Origin: Chiloscyllium plagiosum
Taxonomy: Eukaryota
NCBI RefSeq assembly: GCF_004010195.1
Contig: NC_057749.1
Coordinates: forward strand, 20,149,663 to 20,204,298
Direction of reading: 5' to 3'
DNA: 54,636 bases
In this document: positions 11,462 through 24,778 of the stretch, piece by piece
How the letters are laid out: each line of letters starts with the position of its first letter
Position numbering within the stretch: position 1 is the stretch's first letter
The notes under the pieces: generated by a model
The model's database searches: none
Seen by the model: only the letters and a program-made list of their open reading frames with translations
What the model was told of the DNA's origin: nothing
Translations under genes and position numbers: made by a program

Positions 11462-12285
11462 ATAGAATTTAGAACCTTACAGCACAGGAATAGGCTCTTC
11501 GGCCCACAATGTTGTGTCAAACATGACGCCAAGTGAACCTAATACCCTCTACCTGCCCTTGGTCCATATCCATCCATTTCTTGCTAATTGTGTGTTTATC
11601 TAAAAGTTCTTTAAATGCACTTATCGCTTGTTCCTCCACCATCACCCCTGCATTCCAGACTCCTACCACTCTGTTTAAAAAAACCTGCCCCTCACGTCTG
11701 CTTTGAACATCCCCCCCCCTCACTTTAAATGCATGTCCCTCAGTATTAGACATTTCAACTCTGTCAAAAAGATTCTGACCGTCGAACCTATTTATGCATC
11801 TCATTATTTTACAAACCTCTGTCAAGTCTCCCCTCCGCCTCCACCGCTCGAGAGAAAAGAACCCGAGTTTTTCTAGCCTCTCCTTGTAGCTCACACCCTG
11901 TAATCCAGGCAGCATCCTGGTAAACCTCTTTAGATTTAGATTTAGATTTAGATTACTTACAGTGTGGAAACAGGCCCTTCGGCCCAACAAGTCCACACCG
12001 CCCCGCCGAAGCGCAACCCACCCATACCCCTACATTTACCCCTTACCTAACACTACGGGCAATTTAGCATGGCCAATNNNNNNNNNNNCCCGGGTCTCTG
12101 GCGCTGTGAGGCAGCAGTGCTAACCACTGTGCCACCGTGCCGCCCAGGTCTGCAACCTCTCTGAAACTTCCACATCTTTGCTGTAATGTGGCAACCAGAA
12201 TTGAATGCAATAGTCTAAGTGTGGCCTAACGAAGGCCTTATAAAGCTGCAACATGACATCCTGACTCTTGTCCTCAATTCCCCGT
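11462..12285 (-). mobile_element. CR1 3' fragment interrupted by an HE1 SINE
   Basis: ORF 11517..11996 has KRFTRMLPGL and RRRGDLTEVCKIM. Confidence 0.88.
11931..12146 (-). mobile_element. Young HE1 SINE with (tctaaa)n tail, spanning an assembly gap (N at 12078-12088)
   Basis: Head gggcggcacggtggcacagtggttagcactgctgcc on the minus strand; very similar to 24779-25095. Confidence 0.9.
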
Positions 12286-13184
12286 ATACAGGTTGTTCTG
12301 TTGTAATGTGCATTTTGTCAATGCTGTAACATGATTGATCCCACCTTCACTGTGACAATGCCTTGGGTTCCCTGTGATTTTCACTGTCGATTTTCTTTTT
12401 ATTAAAACAGGCAGTCAAAATGTAACAGGCACTTGTCCTCTGACAGTTTGAGCTGTTGTCACCCCTTCTTTTACCACTAAACATACAAAGGCCAAGGAAA
12501 AGCAGCATGTTAAAAAAAAAAACAATGTTGTGCTAAATTAAAATTGCTTCAGAGGCTGCTGCCTACTTTCATAAATAGAAACTGCTTCCATCAACACTCA
12601 ACTCATCACTGCAGAGATTTCATTCAGTGGAAAGGAATTAAGGAAACAAATGGCATCAGACAAAAATTGCACATTCAGCAGCACCACCTTTTGAGTTTGA
12701 AATCTCATCTTGTACGTAAATCTTTACACTTGGGCTGAAGAATGTGAAAACACAGTTTGCTCAGTGTTAGAATTGAGAGTGGAGGTTATAACTCTGCATG
12801 AGCCACCTCCCCCCACCCCACCGCCACCCCCCAATAAAACACGCACACACTACCTCTGGTCCCAATATCAGGAGTGAGAATTTTTTTCAGGTCTCAATCC
12901 AGCCGCTTACCCTTTGTTGAATGCAGTTGCTAATTTGAATTGGTTTTGCGCCAACACGTGAACCACTGGTAGACTTTCCACCTTTAGTTGTTGCAGAGTT
13001 TCATTTCACTACCCCCTTCTGCCAACTTCAGTTCTCCATTATGTTTGGGTCATCTAAACTTTGGCTGTGCATGTCCAAACTCATAACCAGATTAATCAAG
13101 CTTTTGGTCAACTGTCCTGACAACAACTCACCAAGGCTCCTCTGATAGCACCTGCCAAACCAGTAACCACTAACCTGCAGATGG

Positions 13185-13830
13185 GCAAGGTAAGGAGAAA
13201 TTCATCTGCTCTTCCACAAATGTCATCTACTGTATCTGTTGTACCCAATGTGTTCCCCTCTACGTCGGGGAGGCAGTTTGCCAACTTACATCTGTAGGAC
13301 ACCTGCACCAACCAAACCCACTGCCCAGTGGCTGAACACTTCAACTCCCTCTCTCACTCCACCAAGGACATGCAGGTCCTGGGCCTCCTCCATTGCTGAA
13401 CCCTAACTACTTGACACCTGGAGGAAGAATACCTCACCTTCCACCTTGGGACCCTGCAATTCCAGGGAATTAATGTGGATTTCACCAGTTTCATCATTTC
13501 CCCTCCCCCCACCGTATTCCTAGTCCCAAGCTCCAACTCGGCACCGCTATCTTGACTTATCCATTGTCTTCCTATCTATCCACTCCACCTTCCTCTCTGA
13601 TTTATAACCTTCTCCTCAACCTTTGTCTAACTATTGCATTCTCAGTTACCCCCACCACCACCCCCCTCCCATTTATCCCTCAGCCTCCCGGCCAACAAGC
13701 CTCATTCCTGATGCAGGGCTTATGCTCGAAACGTCGATTCTCCTGCTCCTCGGATGCTACCTGACCTGTTGTGCTTTTTCTAGCACCATACTCTCGCCAC
13801 TGATCTCCAGCATCTGTAGTCCTCACTTTC
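13185..13830 (+). mobile_element. Penelope-like element 3' end: GIY-YIG endonuclease remnant plus pLTR (family A)
   Basis: aatgtcatctactgtatctgttgtacccaatgt...ctctacgtcggggag = NVIYCICCTQC..LYVGE; pLTR has mutated core CTGATGC...GAAACGTC at about 13708-13735. Confidence 0.85.
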
Positions 13831-13837
13831 TAAAAGC

Positions 13838-14075
13838 AGACATTACCATCTGCAAGCTCCCCTCCCAGGCACAGTCCATCCTGACTGAGCACTATGTCAC
13901 TGTTCATTCAGTGTTGCTGGGTCAAAATCCCAGAGCCCTCTTCCTGACCGTACTGTGGGTCTCCCTCCATTCCAAGGATTGTAGCTGGAGAAGACAGCTC
14001 GCCATCAGTTTCTGAATGGCACTTAGACTGGCAAGAAACACTGGCTGAGGCAGCGATGCTCACCTCCCATGAACA
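13838..14075 (+). mobile_element. L2-like LINE 3' end
   Basis: Sense copy of the 8640/10775 family. Confidence 0.6.
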
Positions 14076-14315
14076 AAATTATAAAATTAAGTAGTTCACC
14101 ATTTGGTTTGCAAACCTTTGTATGAAAGGTGGTGTGGCGCCCTGTTAAAGGCGCTATTTAAATGCGCTAGGTGTCCATTTGTGAATAGCACTTCAGAGAA
14201 AACCCTGGTGGGGTTTCACCCACTCGGCTCTGTCATGTGACCTTTTTCTGACTGCCATTTCAGGGCAGGAAAGCACTTTGGTCCAGGCTGGCCTGTACAG
14301 ACCGTATTCAGTTAC

Positions 14316-14722
14316 TTAGACAATAGACAATAGGTGCAGGAGTAGGCCATTCAGCCCTTCGAGCCAGTGCCACCATTCAATATGATCATGGCTGATCATC
14401 CTCAATCAGTATCCTGTTCCTGCCTTATCTCCATAACCCTTGATTCCACTATCTTTGAGAGCTCTATCCAACTCTTTCTTAAATGAATCCAGAGACTGGG
14501 CCTCCACTGCCCTCTGGGGCAGAGCATTCCACACAGCCACCACTCTCTGGGTGAAGAAGTTTCTCCTCATCTCTGTCCTAAATGGTCTACCCGGTATTTT
14601 CAAGCTGTGTCCTCTGGTTCGGCACTCACCCATCAGCGGAAACATGTTTCCTGCTGCCAGAGTGTCCAATCCTTTCATAATCTTATACGTCTCAATCAGA
14701 TCCCCTCTCAGTCTTCTAAACT
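14316..14722 (-). mobile_element. Young CR1 3' fragment
   Basis: ORF 14406..14789 has RRLRGDLIETYKIMKGLD and FFTQRVVAVWNALP with an open frame. Confidence 0.92.
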
Positions 14723-15082
14723 TGTGGCAGAGTGGCTCATTAGGCGGTGGACATGGGATGGGGCCACCCGCCATCCTGACTGGGAGCAAAGGAAGGTGTT
14801 AATTAGGTGGGAATGAGGTGTGTTATATAAAGAACAGTAGTCAGTTTGGGGGAGTTGAAAGTTGCAATAAAATTCTGACTCTTAAAAAAAAACCTGGATT
14901 CTATCTGACCAGAATCTTTAACCTCGGGTGTTTAGCATTGCTGTACTGTGTAGTTGCAGAATGCTGAGGCAAGACTGCTTTTCAGGTCTCCCAAAAGATT
15001 TGATTTGTTTCATTATTGTCACATGTACTGAGATACAGTGAAAAGTCTTGTTTTGCGCACTAACTAGGTTAATGATACCTTA

Positions 15083-15628
15083 GGTTCTTTTTCTTGAGAT
15101 TCTTACACACCATGCAGCTGCAATATGCCAACTTCTGTGAACAGCCAAAATTTATGAAGCACGTACAAGCTGTGGAGGATCACTTAGCACTCTTCGCAAT
15201 GCTTGCGAAGCATGTAAGAGAAGCTCCCTGAACAAATGGGCCAGTTCTTCCTTGAAACAAGATCTCGCATCACAGTCAGTAATGCCCACAAGACAATCCC
15301 CCAGCCACTTCCCCATAATCACATGCCTCTGAAGACACAATGCAGTGACTTGATCATTTCCAGAAACAATTTAATATAAATTATTCCTTAATGGCAAGAT
15401 CTGATGTAAATCATTTTTTGAAACTGCAGGATGTAGTCAGAATTTTAATTGCAATGGTCTTATTGATCTTGAATAGGAGATGATAATGTAAACTTACTCT
15501 GAATAGTAGGAGATGACCGTGTAAGTTGTTTTTACATTCTACCTGCAGGACAGCGAAATGTACCTCCCTACCCCGTGGCATCCAGTTTCTTGAAGGTCAG
15601 CAGAGCAAGTTAGCCCCTTAACATCTCA
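15083..15628 (-). mobile_element. Solo LTR, copy 1 (family shared with 30305-30822)
   Basis: Ends aacatctCA. 4-bp TSD ctta at 15079-15082 and 15629-15632. The first 5 bases (tgtta) appear deleted. Confidence 0.75.
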
Positions 15629-16486
15629 CTTACATAAGTACATCAGGGCAATAGAACAGAATGCAGTATATAGTGTTGCAGAGAATGTGCAGCGAAAGAC
15701 CAACTCTGATATAGGAGAGGTTCATTCAAAAATCTGATAACAGCAGGGAAGAAGCTGTTCTTGAATCTGTTGGAATGTGTTTTCAAACTTTGTATCTTCT
15801 GCCTGACCACAGGGAGTACAGCTGGAGTGGGAGGGGGTCTTTGATTGTGTTGGCTGCATTCCTGAGGCAGTGGGAAGTACAGTCGGAGTCGGTGGATTGA
15901 AGGCTGGTTTGCGTGATAGACTGTGCTGTGTAATTTCTTGTGATCTTGAAAAGAGCAGTTGCCACACCAAGCTGTGATACATCCGGATCAGATGCTTTCT
16001 GTGATGCATCTATAAAAATTGGCATGAGAATTTGTCACATGCTAAATTTCCTTAGCCTTCCTTAGCCACTTAGTGTCGATGTGTATGGACCAGAATAGAT
16101 TGTTGGTAATATTTGTTCCGAAGAACTTGAAGCTCTCAACCATCTCAGCACCACTGATACAGATGAGAATACTGTCTATGTGGTTTCCTTCGTTTTACTG
16201 ACATTGAGGGAGAGATTATTGTCTTCACACCATGCTACTGAGCTTTCTATCTCTTTCCTGTACTCTGTCTCATTGTTGTTTAAGATCTGACCCATTACAG
16301 TGGTGTCGTTAGCAGTCTTGTCTGACATAGGCATCTTTGTTATCCAGATGTGTGTGGGGCTAGGGAGATGACATTAGCCATGGATCTGTTGTGATGGTGG
16401 GCTAACCTCTCAAAGCACTTGATAACGATGGCTGTCCAAGCCACTGAGTGGTAGCCATGAAGGCACATTTCCTGATTTTTCTTTGA

Positions 16487-16690
16487 TGTGGAGGTGCCAG
16501 TGTTGGACTGGGGTGAGCAAAGTCAGAAGTCATACGACACCAGATTATAATCCAAAAGGTTTACTTGAAATCAGCAAGCTTTTGGAGTGCTGCTCTTTTG
16601 TCAGGTGAAGGAGCACCGTTTCGAAAGCATGTGATTTCAAATAAACCTGTTGGACGATAACCTGGTGTCCTGTGACTTCTGATTTTTCTT
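16487..16690 (-). mobile_element. Fold-back Penelope-derived mini-element (family B, older)
   Basis: Inverted arms around about 16605; TSD-like ctgatttttcttt(t)ga at 16472-16486 and 16679-16694; degraded core gaaggagcaccgtttcgaaagc. Confidence 0.75.
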
Positions 16691-18389
16691 TTGACACAGG
16701 GCTGCCATTGGCTGCCTTCAAAGAGGTGAGAACCTCACATCTGAGTAAGGAGAAGTTAAAGATGTCTGTGAATACTCCCTCTGGCTGGTCTGTGCAGGAC
16801 CTGAGTGCACGGCCGTAGACTCCATCTGGGCCAGTCGTTTTCCGTGGGTTCACCCTCAAGAAGGCTCATCTGATGCCTGCAGCGGTGACTGTTAGTACAG
16901 GTGCACCCGAAGTCGTCTGGTCACTTGGACATCATTTGACTAACCTTCTGTTCAGAACAAGCGTAGAATGCATTGAGCTCGTTGGGGAGAGATGCATTGT
17001 TGCCAGTGAGTCTACTCGACTTCACTTTGTCGTCCATATTATCGTGTAAACCTTGCCACAATCGACGTGTGTTTGTGTCGTGAGTCAGGGACTCTTGTTT
17101 AGTCTGGTATCGTATCTGTGTACATAATGACTTTGCAAAGGTCATACCTAGATTTCCTGTAAAAGAACAGGGAGCTGGGATGGTGTGCCCTTTGAGGCTA
17201 CTTCTGAACAGTGGAAATTGACTGGTTCTAGAGATTAGTAGCTCATGACGCTCTCTTTTCCCTTTGACAGTTCCACATTAATAACTCTGTTCGTCGTACA
17301 CTTATGGACATTTTGCCAGGAAGACTTTGTGTGTGGAGATTGTTTGCATTGTACCAAGTTGAACAGTGGTACTCTAGCTTTCAGTTTGATTCCTGAACAC
17401 ATGGAAAGGGGAAGTTTTACAGTAAACAGTTTACATTGGAGTATGAAGTTTTGTTTTGCGAAAAGAACTGATGCCTGAAAAGACACAGGGTGTCTTTTCA
17501 TTTTCCCCCACTCTACACAACCACAGAAGCTGACCTTTTTGTATCTCCGTTCCGATTGTTCAAAGTAGCTGTCCGTGAGTGAGATTCATGTGTGTTTAAG
17601 TCAGCAAACAGAAGGAATCCCTTTGATGTGCTCAGTGATTAAGACACTTGCCTGTAAAATGAATACTGTGCTGCTTGCTCGTGTCTTCATCTCAAGGCCG
17701 ATGCAGCAGTCTTTTTTTTTTCACTTGTGGGCAGAGGCACAGATCGAGATTCTTTGACAGTACAATAATAGAAGAGGGATGGCGATCGGTGAGGGAGTAG
17801 CAGGAAGCTTCTCTGACTCATCCTGCACAGAGGAAGAAACAGCCGTATATTGTGGAGAGGGCTTCAGCTGTGCTCTGAAATTCTGAGACCAAGAGGTGCT
17901 TCGCACTCAAAGCTGTTTCACACTGAGCTACTTCAAACAATGGAAATGGGATGTATACCTACGATACTATTGAAGTAAAAAAGACTGCAGGTTGTCTTGC
18001 ATGTTTTTTCAGATCTTTGTAGGGTCCAGGAGATCAAGCAACCTTAATTTTGGTGTCTTGTGAGTTGAACAGGCAGATTGTGCAGCCTAGTGCCTTTATA
18101 CTATTGATGTTTTTTTCTGATGCTCTGGTGAAAACCGTTAATAATATCCTGGTTTTAAAAAAAGATGACATTTTAAGGGAGAAGGACTCCACTTTATCAG
18201 AAGTTAACACCAAATTCGTTTCTCTGCCCCCCCCTTTCCTCCCCCCACACCCTCCTTTCTCTTCCCCCTTTCCTTTTCACATCTCTCTCTCTTTCTGCCT
18301 CTCCATATCTGCTTCACTGATTCGTGATCTGTTCTCTGCTGCTGTAACCAAGCCCTCAGCTTTATAAAGGCAACCACTACAGACGTTTT

Positions 18390-18690
18390 TAAAAATTCTT
18401 TGGGCGTTACTGGGCAAGGCTGGCATTTGTTACATCTCCCTAATTGCGTTTGAACCGAGTTGCTTGCTGGGTCATTTCAGAGGGCAGTTAAGTGTCAAAT
18501 ACATTGCTGGATCTGAGCTCGTGTAGGCCAGACCAGATAAGATGTTAGATTTCCTTCTCTCCAGGGCATTTTTAATGACAGTTGATATTTTCATGATCAG
18601 CATCACTGTCACTGTTTTAATTCCAGGGCTGCCATGGTGAGAATTGAACCCATGTGCCAGAGCGTTAACTGGATATCTGTATTCCTCATC
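18390..18690 (-). mobile_element. tRNA-headed SINE with L2-like tail
   Basis: Similar to 2470 and 39770. Confidence 0.6.
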
Positions 18691-19379
18691 CAACTGTCTC
18701 TATGTGGCTTTAACATTGCTTTAAGGCACTTGGCAAACATTATCAGTCAGGATTTGTCACTCAGCCGCTTAAGCTTGGTGAAAGAGGTAGAATTTAAAGG
18801 ACAGTTTAGTAGAGGAGAAGTAGAAAGATTTAAGGGGTTTGGAGGAGGGAGGGAGTTCCTGAGGTTGGGGCCCAGTCAGCTTCGGGTGCAGTCACCAATT
18901 GATGTGGGCCTGAGGTGAAAACCTAAAGACCAACTCAGAAAATGCTGGAAATATTCAGCGTCAAGGTTCATGTTTCAGATTCTGACAGGGTGAGCCCATC
19001 CAGAGGTGTAATGGTAGAGCAGAATCGATGAGCTGAATGGCCTGTTTGTGCTTCTATGTCCAATGCAGTGTGCAAATTCTATCACAGGATTAGGTTCAGT
19101 TAATCTTCCGGTACTCACTTTTTCACAGGTTTCCCCCTCGGCAAAAAACAACAGCGTATGAAAAAGAACATGACTTAACCAAACGGTCCCTTGAGCCTTA
19201 GGTACTACAATCGATTATTGTTGATCTTTTTCCCAACTCTGCTCTCCCACTTGTCTCCAAACCAATTGATTAAGAACGATATTCTAGATTTACTTTTCTC
19301 CCAATGATCATCAGTCTGGTGACATCTTATTAGACTGGAGTATTGCCGGTTTCTCCGGCAGTGCTTCCTCTTAGTGTAG

Positions 19380-19800
19380 TAAAAAGACTTGCATTCACGT
19401 AGTACCTTTCACAACCCTGGGATATTCCCAAGTCCTTTACTGGCAATGGAGTGTAGTCGCTGCTATAGTGTGGAAAGCAGGACATCTGATTTGTGCACAA
19501 TATGTTCCCACAGTATGCGGATATAATCCGAGAACCTGGTTTTGTGATGTTAATTGAGGGATAGCTCCCCTGTTATTCAGTGTGTTATTCACTCGAGAGT
19601 TGTGGGATGCTTTACATTCATCCGAGGGAGCAAGTGGATTCTTGATAAAATGGATGTGAGATACGGTTCCTGTGGCATTACAGTGCTCCCTCAATATTCC
19701 ATTTGAGGTGTCGAACTAAATTTTTGTGCTGGATTCTGGGGATTTGACCCCATGACCTTCTGAGTCAGAGGTGAGGGGGCTGCTCAGTGAGCCATGGCAG
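19380..19800 (-). mobile_element. Deu-domain SINE
   Basis: Antisense head ccatgaccttctgagtcagaggtgag...gctcagtgagcca. Confidence 0.65.
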
Positions 19801-20799
19801 ACTGCAGGGATCAACTGGGAGTCAGTTGGCTCTGCATGCCTTTTGGGGTTCCAGTGAACCAGTCGACTGTATGAGCCATCATCTGCTGTGAAGAAATAAA
19901 TATTGTTTACCAGCACCACCCACTTCTGAGTGATATTCAAAAGAACCCTCACAATCTGCTTTGCTGAAATCCATTATCGCACTGATGATACCGACTGTCC
20001 GTGTGAATTGGTGTGTGGAGGAGGTGTAATTAGCAATGAATATTTAGCGGACTGGTAAGTTCGATGCAAGGTCTTTAAGACTTAATTTTTTAAAAAATTG
20101 TCTCATTTGTGCACCAACACACTAAAATGTGGAATCGCATAAACCATGAGGCCAGATTGTGAAGTGATTGATTTGTCTGTGCGTGCGCTCGCGTCACTCC
20201 AAGGAAAATATGGCAGGGTCACCTCATAGGAAGAGTAAATGATTACATAAATCTGCCTCTGCCATTGTGTGATAAATCACATTGCCTGGCCACCTAGTCC
20301 ACCTCTCTGCACCTCAATCAGGCTCTCAATTGTTCACGTTGAAATATTCTTAATTTATCTTGGTACTGAACTGTTGGGAAAATGGTAGAGAGACTATAAA
20401 ATCGTAATGTTTGACCTACTGTTGGTCACCCACAAGCCTTAACCCCTGATATCACTGTTACCATAACAGTTTAGCACATTAGGTGATTTGTTTGTGAACA
20501 GCCTTTGGACCAGTTAAAATCTGATTCTACTCCTGGCAGAACAGAGCATAGGTTTAGGATTTTGTAGTCCTACTGTACTCTTGAGCAAGCAGCAACCAAG
20601 TACCATTGCTTACAGGTGCAGAACATTTCCATTTTTCTTCAGTATTATCAGAGCTGTTTCTCTTGTCACTTGTGATCCAAACCCTGAAGGATATACTTGT
20701 TAGCCTCTACCATGGGCTCAGGGAAAGGTTGCTGAGATTAGCATGAGAATAAAAGGATATTGATGTTCCCTCTGTAATTCTCCCGACTGTCTTTCACCG

Positions 20800-21030
20800 T
20801 GTCACTCTCTCTGTCTTGCATCCTCCCTTCTTTGCTCCCTCTGCCTTTTTCTCTCCCTCCCTCTAACCCCTTTCCTTCACTTTAACATTCCCTGCCTCTT
20901 GCTCCCACCTTCCGTCCACAGGCCCTTCCTTTTGTGCCTTCTCCCTATTAGCCCCTCCCCTCGCACATTCCTCCCCTTCCTCTCCACCTCTTGTGACACC
21001 TTCTTCCCTCCTGCACGGCACCCTTTCTAC
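20800..21030. repeat. C/T-rich low-complexity tract
   Basis: About 230 bp of mostly pyrimidines on the + strand. Confidence 0.8.
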
Positions 21031-22469
21031 ACAGCTGGTTCATTTACACTGCATTTATGGATAGTGAAATGCAGTCAGTACTCTCAAATGGTCCGGCAGC
21101 AGTCACTTGTAGATCAGACCAAAGTTTATAGTGCAGCTTTGCAGGATGCCTGGTGCTGGAGCTGGGTGAATAGAAGTCGAGACGGTGAAAGCAGAGGTGT
21201 GTGCTATCAATTTCAGCTGACTGTGTTGCTGAATTCCAAACTCCATTTGCTTATGTGGAAACTCTAAAGGGCTGTATAAATCATTGCTCCCTCCCAACAC
21301 AATACTGTTCCGTTTTTCTGTTTTCAGTAAACTGGAGGTTAAGGATTTTGCCCTGCCTGTGAATGATGATACCAACCCTTGTGGCTTCTTTTCTCTCCAA
21401 GAGGGACGGCTACCATTTCTAACACCAGCAACCCAGGTAACTGTAAGTGTATGGCTTCTTTGCTAGTTTACTTTTTCAGGCCCAGTTTTGATCACTGAGG
21501 TTACTTGTGTTTTTTTTTTACTGTTTTTAATTCCATCCGAGTTAAAGTGGTGCAGTAGCATAGCCTGTAATACAGATATTCAGAGTTCAAATCCCACTGT
21601 GGCAACCAGGTAGATACTGAGTCCAATACAACTTGAGTTGTTATCAGAAAATCAGAGATGTCATAAAAGATGATGATCTTTCCACCAACATTCCTGAACT
21701 GCACTGGGGAGCTTGAAAATGCCATCATATTGCCAGTGTTCACGACACTAAGTGACAGCATTATTTTTTTGGCTTTGAGGCCCTCTGGCAGGTCAAGATT
21801 GTGAAGGGTTCTATTTAATTGTAAGATGGTCTTTGGTGTCTATCTCTCCCCAATTTGGGCTATTCTAGACTCCAGTCCTCCACTCAGTACTGAAGTGCTC
21901 CTGCCCTATGAAGTGACTGAGCCAAACATTTGGTTGCCATGACAATCAGCACCTTCCCTGCAATGAGCAAGAGATAATACTGTGGCAATTTTTCTCTCAT
22001 TTGGAAACATGGCTGTTTTTGAAGCCATTCGGCTTGGAAATTTTGTCTAGTTTCATCTAGTTTTAAAAATCAGGTTTTTTAGCAGAGGATGCATTTTTGA
22101 AATGTATCACTACTTCACAATACCAAACGTGAGACTATTTAAGGCGTTGACTCTGCTAGTTCCAGTAGTTGATTCAACAAATTAAGTTAGATTGGGGTAG
22201 TTGTACATGGTATCCTTGTATGACGGTGAAGGTTTTAAGTTGCGCGATGTTTAGCTTGGTGACCCACTGTCTGTAGGGTTAGGGAAATGGTGGACAAGAC
22301 TATTTTTGTGAGTTCCATTAATGATGTGTGCCTTGCTTTGAAGGTAGTAAATACTATGTGATAGACTATTCGGCGGCTTTTAGGGTCTGCACATAACTAG
22401 GGAATGGGCTGCTGGGACTGTTCTCCCTAGGTAAGATATTACTGAGAGATAGTTTGGTAGAGGTCTAGA

Positions 22470-23025
22470 CAGGGGAGTAATTGTTTCCATTGGTGGAAGT
22501 TCTCAAAATCAGGGGCCACCGATTTTAAAGTGATTGGCAAAAGAACCAAAAGTGACAAGAAAAGAATCATTTTATCATGCGGTGAATGGTTTCGAATTGC
22601 CTGAGAGTGATAGTGATTCAAGCGTGGCTCTCAAAAGTGAGTTGAATAATTTTCTGGAAAGCAAGGTAATTGCAGAGAAAAGGTAAGGGAATTGAAGCAG
22701 CCAAATAGCCAGAATAGACATGACAGACTGACTGGCTTTCTCAGCTGTTCTTGTCAGCCTCACAAAGCTTTGCCATGGGTCCTTACGTGACTGATTCTTG
22801 ATCCACAGATCTTTTGGGATCAAAGGACAGGGTGTCCCATGAGGTAATGGCTGGTCTGATCATCCTCAGCTCCATTATCCTGTATTTTCCCTACAACTTT
22901 TGCTTTCCTTACTGATTAAAAATTAGCCTATCTCAACCAAGAATATACTTAATCCAGCCTTGACAGCCATCTGTGGTAAAGAATTCCTCAGATTCACTGC
23001 CCTCTGGGAGAAGACATTCCTCCTC
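22470..23025. mobile_element. Old CR1 3' fragments (22470-22750 +; 22845-23025 -)
   Basis: aggggccaccgattttaaagtg (RGHRFK-like) and antisense cagattcactgccctctgg. Confidence 0.6.
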
Positions 23026-23437
23026 AGTGTTTTCTTTGAGCAGCGAAGGTTAAGGCGAGATTGACTAGAGATTTTCTAAATTGTGAATGGCTGTGTGGAG
23101 AAACCATTTCCATTGGCGGAGGGGTCAGTAACCAGAGGGCATACATGAAAACAATTAGCATGTGAACAAGTAGAGGGTTGTTACATGTTCTTTCCTGGGA
23201 TGTGGGCGTTGCTGACTGTGCCAGCATTTATTACCCACCCCTCATTGCCCTTGAGAAGGTGCTAGTTTGACTCGCTGCAGTCTGAGAGATGTAGGTGCAC
23301 CCATAGTACTGATAGGGAGGAAGTACCAAGATTTTGACCCAGTAACGGTGAAGGAACGTGTTAGATTTCCAAGTAGGATGGTGTGTGGCTTCAAGGAGGA
23401 ACTGGCTGCAAAGCTGCTGACGAAATTGCAGGGAAGG

Positions 23438-24455
23438 TCATAGGATATAGGAGCAGAATTAGGCCATTTGCCCATTGAGTCTGCTCTGCCATTCGATCAT
23501 GACAGGTAAGTTTCTCAACCCCTTTCTCCCATCCTGTTGGCATAACGTTTAATTCCCTTACTAATCTGCGACAATGAATTCCACAGATTCACCATCCTGT
23601 GGCTGAAGAAATTCCTCCTCATTTCGGTTCTAAAAAATCGTCCCTTCAATCTGAGGATGTGCCCTCAGGCCCTAGTCTCTTCCCCCTAGTGGAAGTGGGA
23701 CTAAAATTGGACAGCTCTTATAAAAAGCAGTGGTGGGCATGGTAAACTGAGAGGTTTCTTTCTGTGTCATAGTCATACAGCACAGAAACAGACTAACCAC
23801 TCCATGCCAAATATAATCCCAAACTAAGCTAGTCCTACCTGCCCGCTCCTGGTCCATATCCCTCCAAACCTATTAGTGTACTTACCAAAGTGCCTTTTAA
23901 ATGTTGTAACTGTGCCCACATCCACCACTTCATCAGGAAGTTCATTCCACACATGAACTACTGTGTTTTAAAAAAAAAAATTTGCTTCTCATGTCCTTTT
24001 TAAATCACTCTCCTTTAACTTTAAACATATGCCCTCTTGTCTTGAAATCCCCATTTTAGGGGGAAAGCGCCGTCTATACCCTCATGATTTTCTAAACCTC
24101 TATAAGGTCACCTCTCAACCTCCTATGCTGCAGTGAAGAAGGTCCCAGCCTAGCCAGCCTTTCTTTATAACTCATATATACCATACTCAGGCCACATCCT
24201 GGTATATCTGTTCTGAACCCTCTCCAGCTTCATAATATCCTTCCAATAAGTGGGTGACCAGAACTGGACACAGTACTTCAGCAGAGGCATCAGCAATGTC
24301 CTGTATGACCTCGACATTATTTCCCAACTCCTATACAGAAAGGACTGAGCAATGAAGGCAAGCGTGCTAAACTCCTTTTTAACTATCCTATCTATATTTG
24401 ATGCAAACGTCAAAGAATTATTTACCTGCATCCCTAGGTTGCTCTGTTCTACAAC
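23438..24455 (-). mobile_element. Two CR1 3' fragments (23438-23692; 23766-24455)
   Basis: ORF 24165..24479 has YRTLLMPLLKYCVQFWSP and KLERVQ. Confidence 0.85.
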
Positions 24456-24778
24456 TGTGCTGTGTGATTCTGCTCTCAAATATTGCTCTCACTCAATTTT
24501 CCAACTAAAATTATTGAGTAAAGTTGTTATTTTACATTCCATATTTGTCTTTTCAGGTTTTGTTCAGAATACTATTTATTTTTAATGAAGTATTGTTGTT
24601 TCTGTATAGCTGAAGCCTGTCAGAAATGTCTGCTTGAATGAGAACTGAGATTTTATTTGCCTGTTTTAACTTCAGCTGTTTTACTAAAATCTGTTGTGTT
24701 AATGAATGCCTCAGTTCTGAGATGATGTTACTTTCAGTTTTAGATTCGTCTTAATTTATCACCTCCAATTTCCATCAG

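Larger units (their letters stand above)
14998..17160 (-). mobile_element. Rex1/Babar-like LINE, degraded; hosts a solo LTR and a Penelope palindrome
   Basis: RVNPRKTTGPDGVYGRALRSC.DQ..GVFTDIFN.SL and LPNELNAFYA motifs; 3' UTR at about 15000. Confidence 0.75.

Noticed and set aside
11931..11955. (tttaga)n as a telomere-like repeat
   Set aside because: It is the 3' tail of the antisense HE1 SINE.
17779..17886. 35-codon ATG ORF after a ttctttgacag acceptor-like site
   Set aside because: No homology and no convincing donor; unsupported as an exon.
19982..20010. CTGATGA...GAA as a hammerhead or C/D snoRNA box
   Set aside because: No GAAA plus stem III, weak stem II, and no terminal stem or D box found.
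20800..21267. 122-aa Pro/Ser/Phe-rich ORF
   Set aside because: Artefact of a pyrimidine low-complexity tract lacking stop codons.
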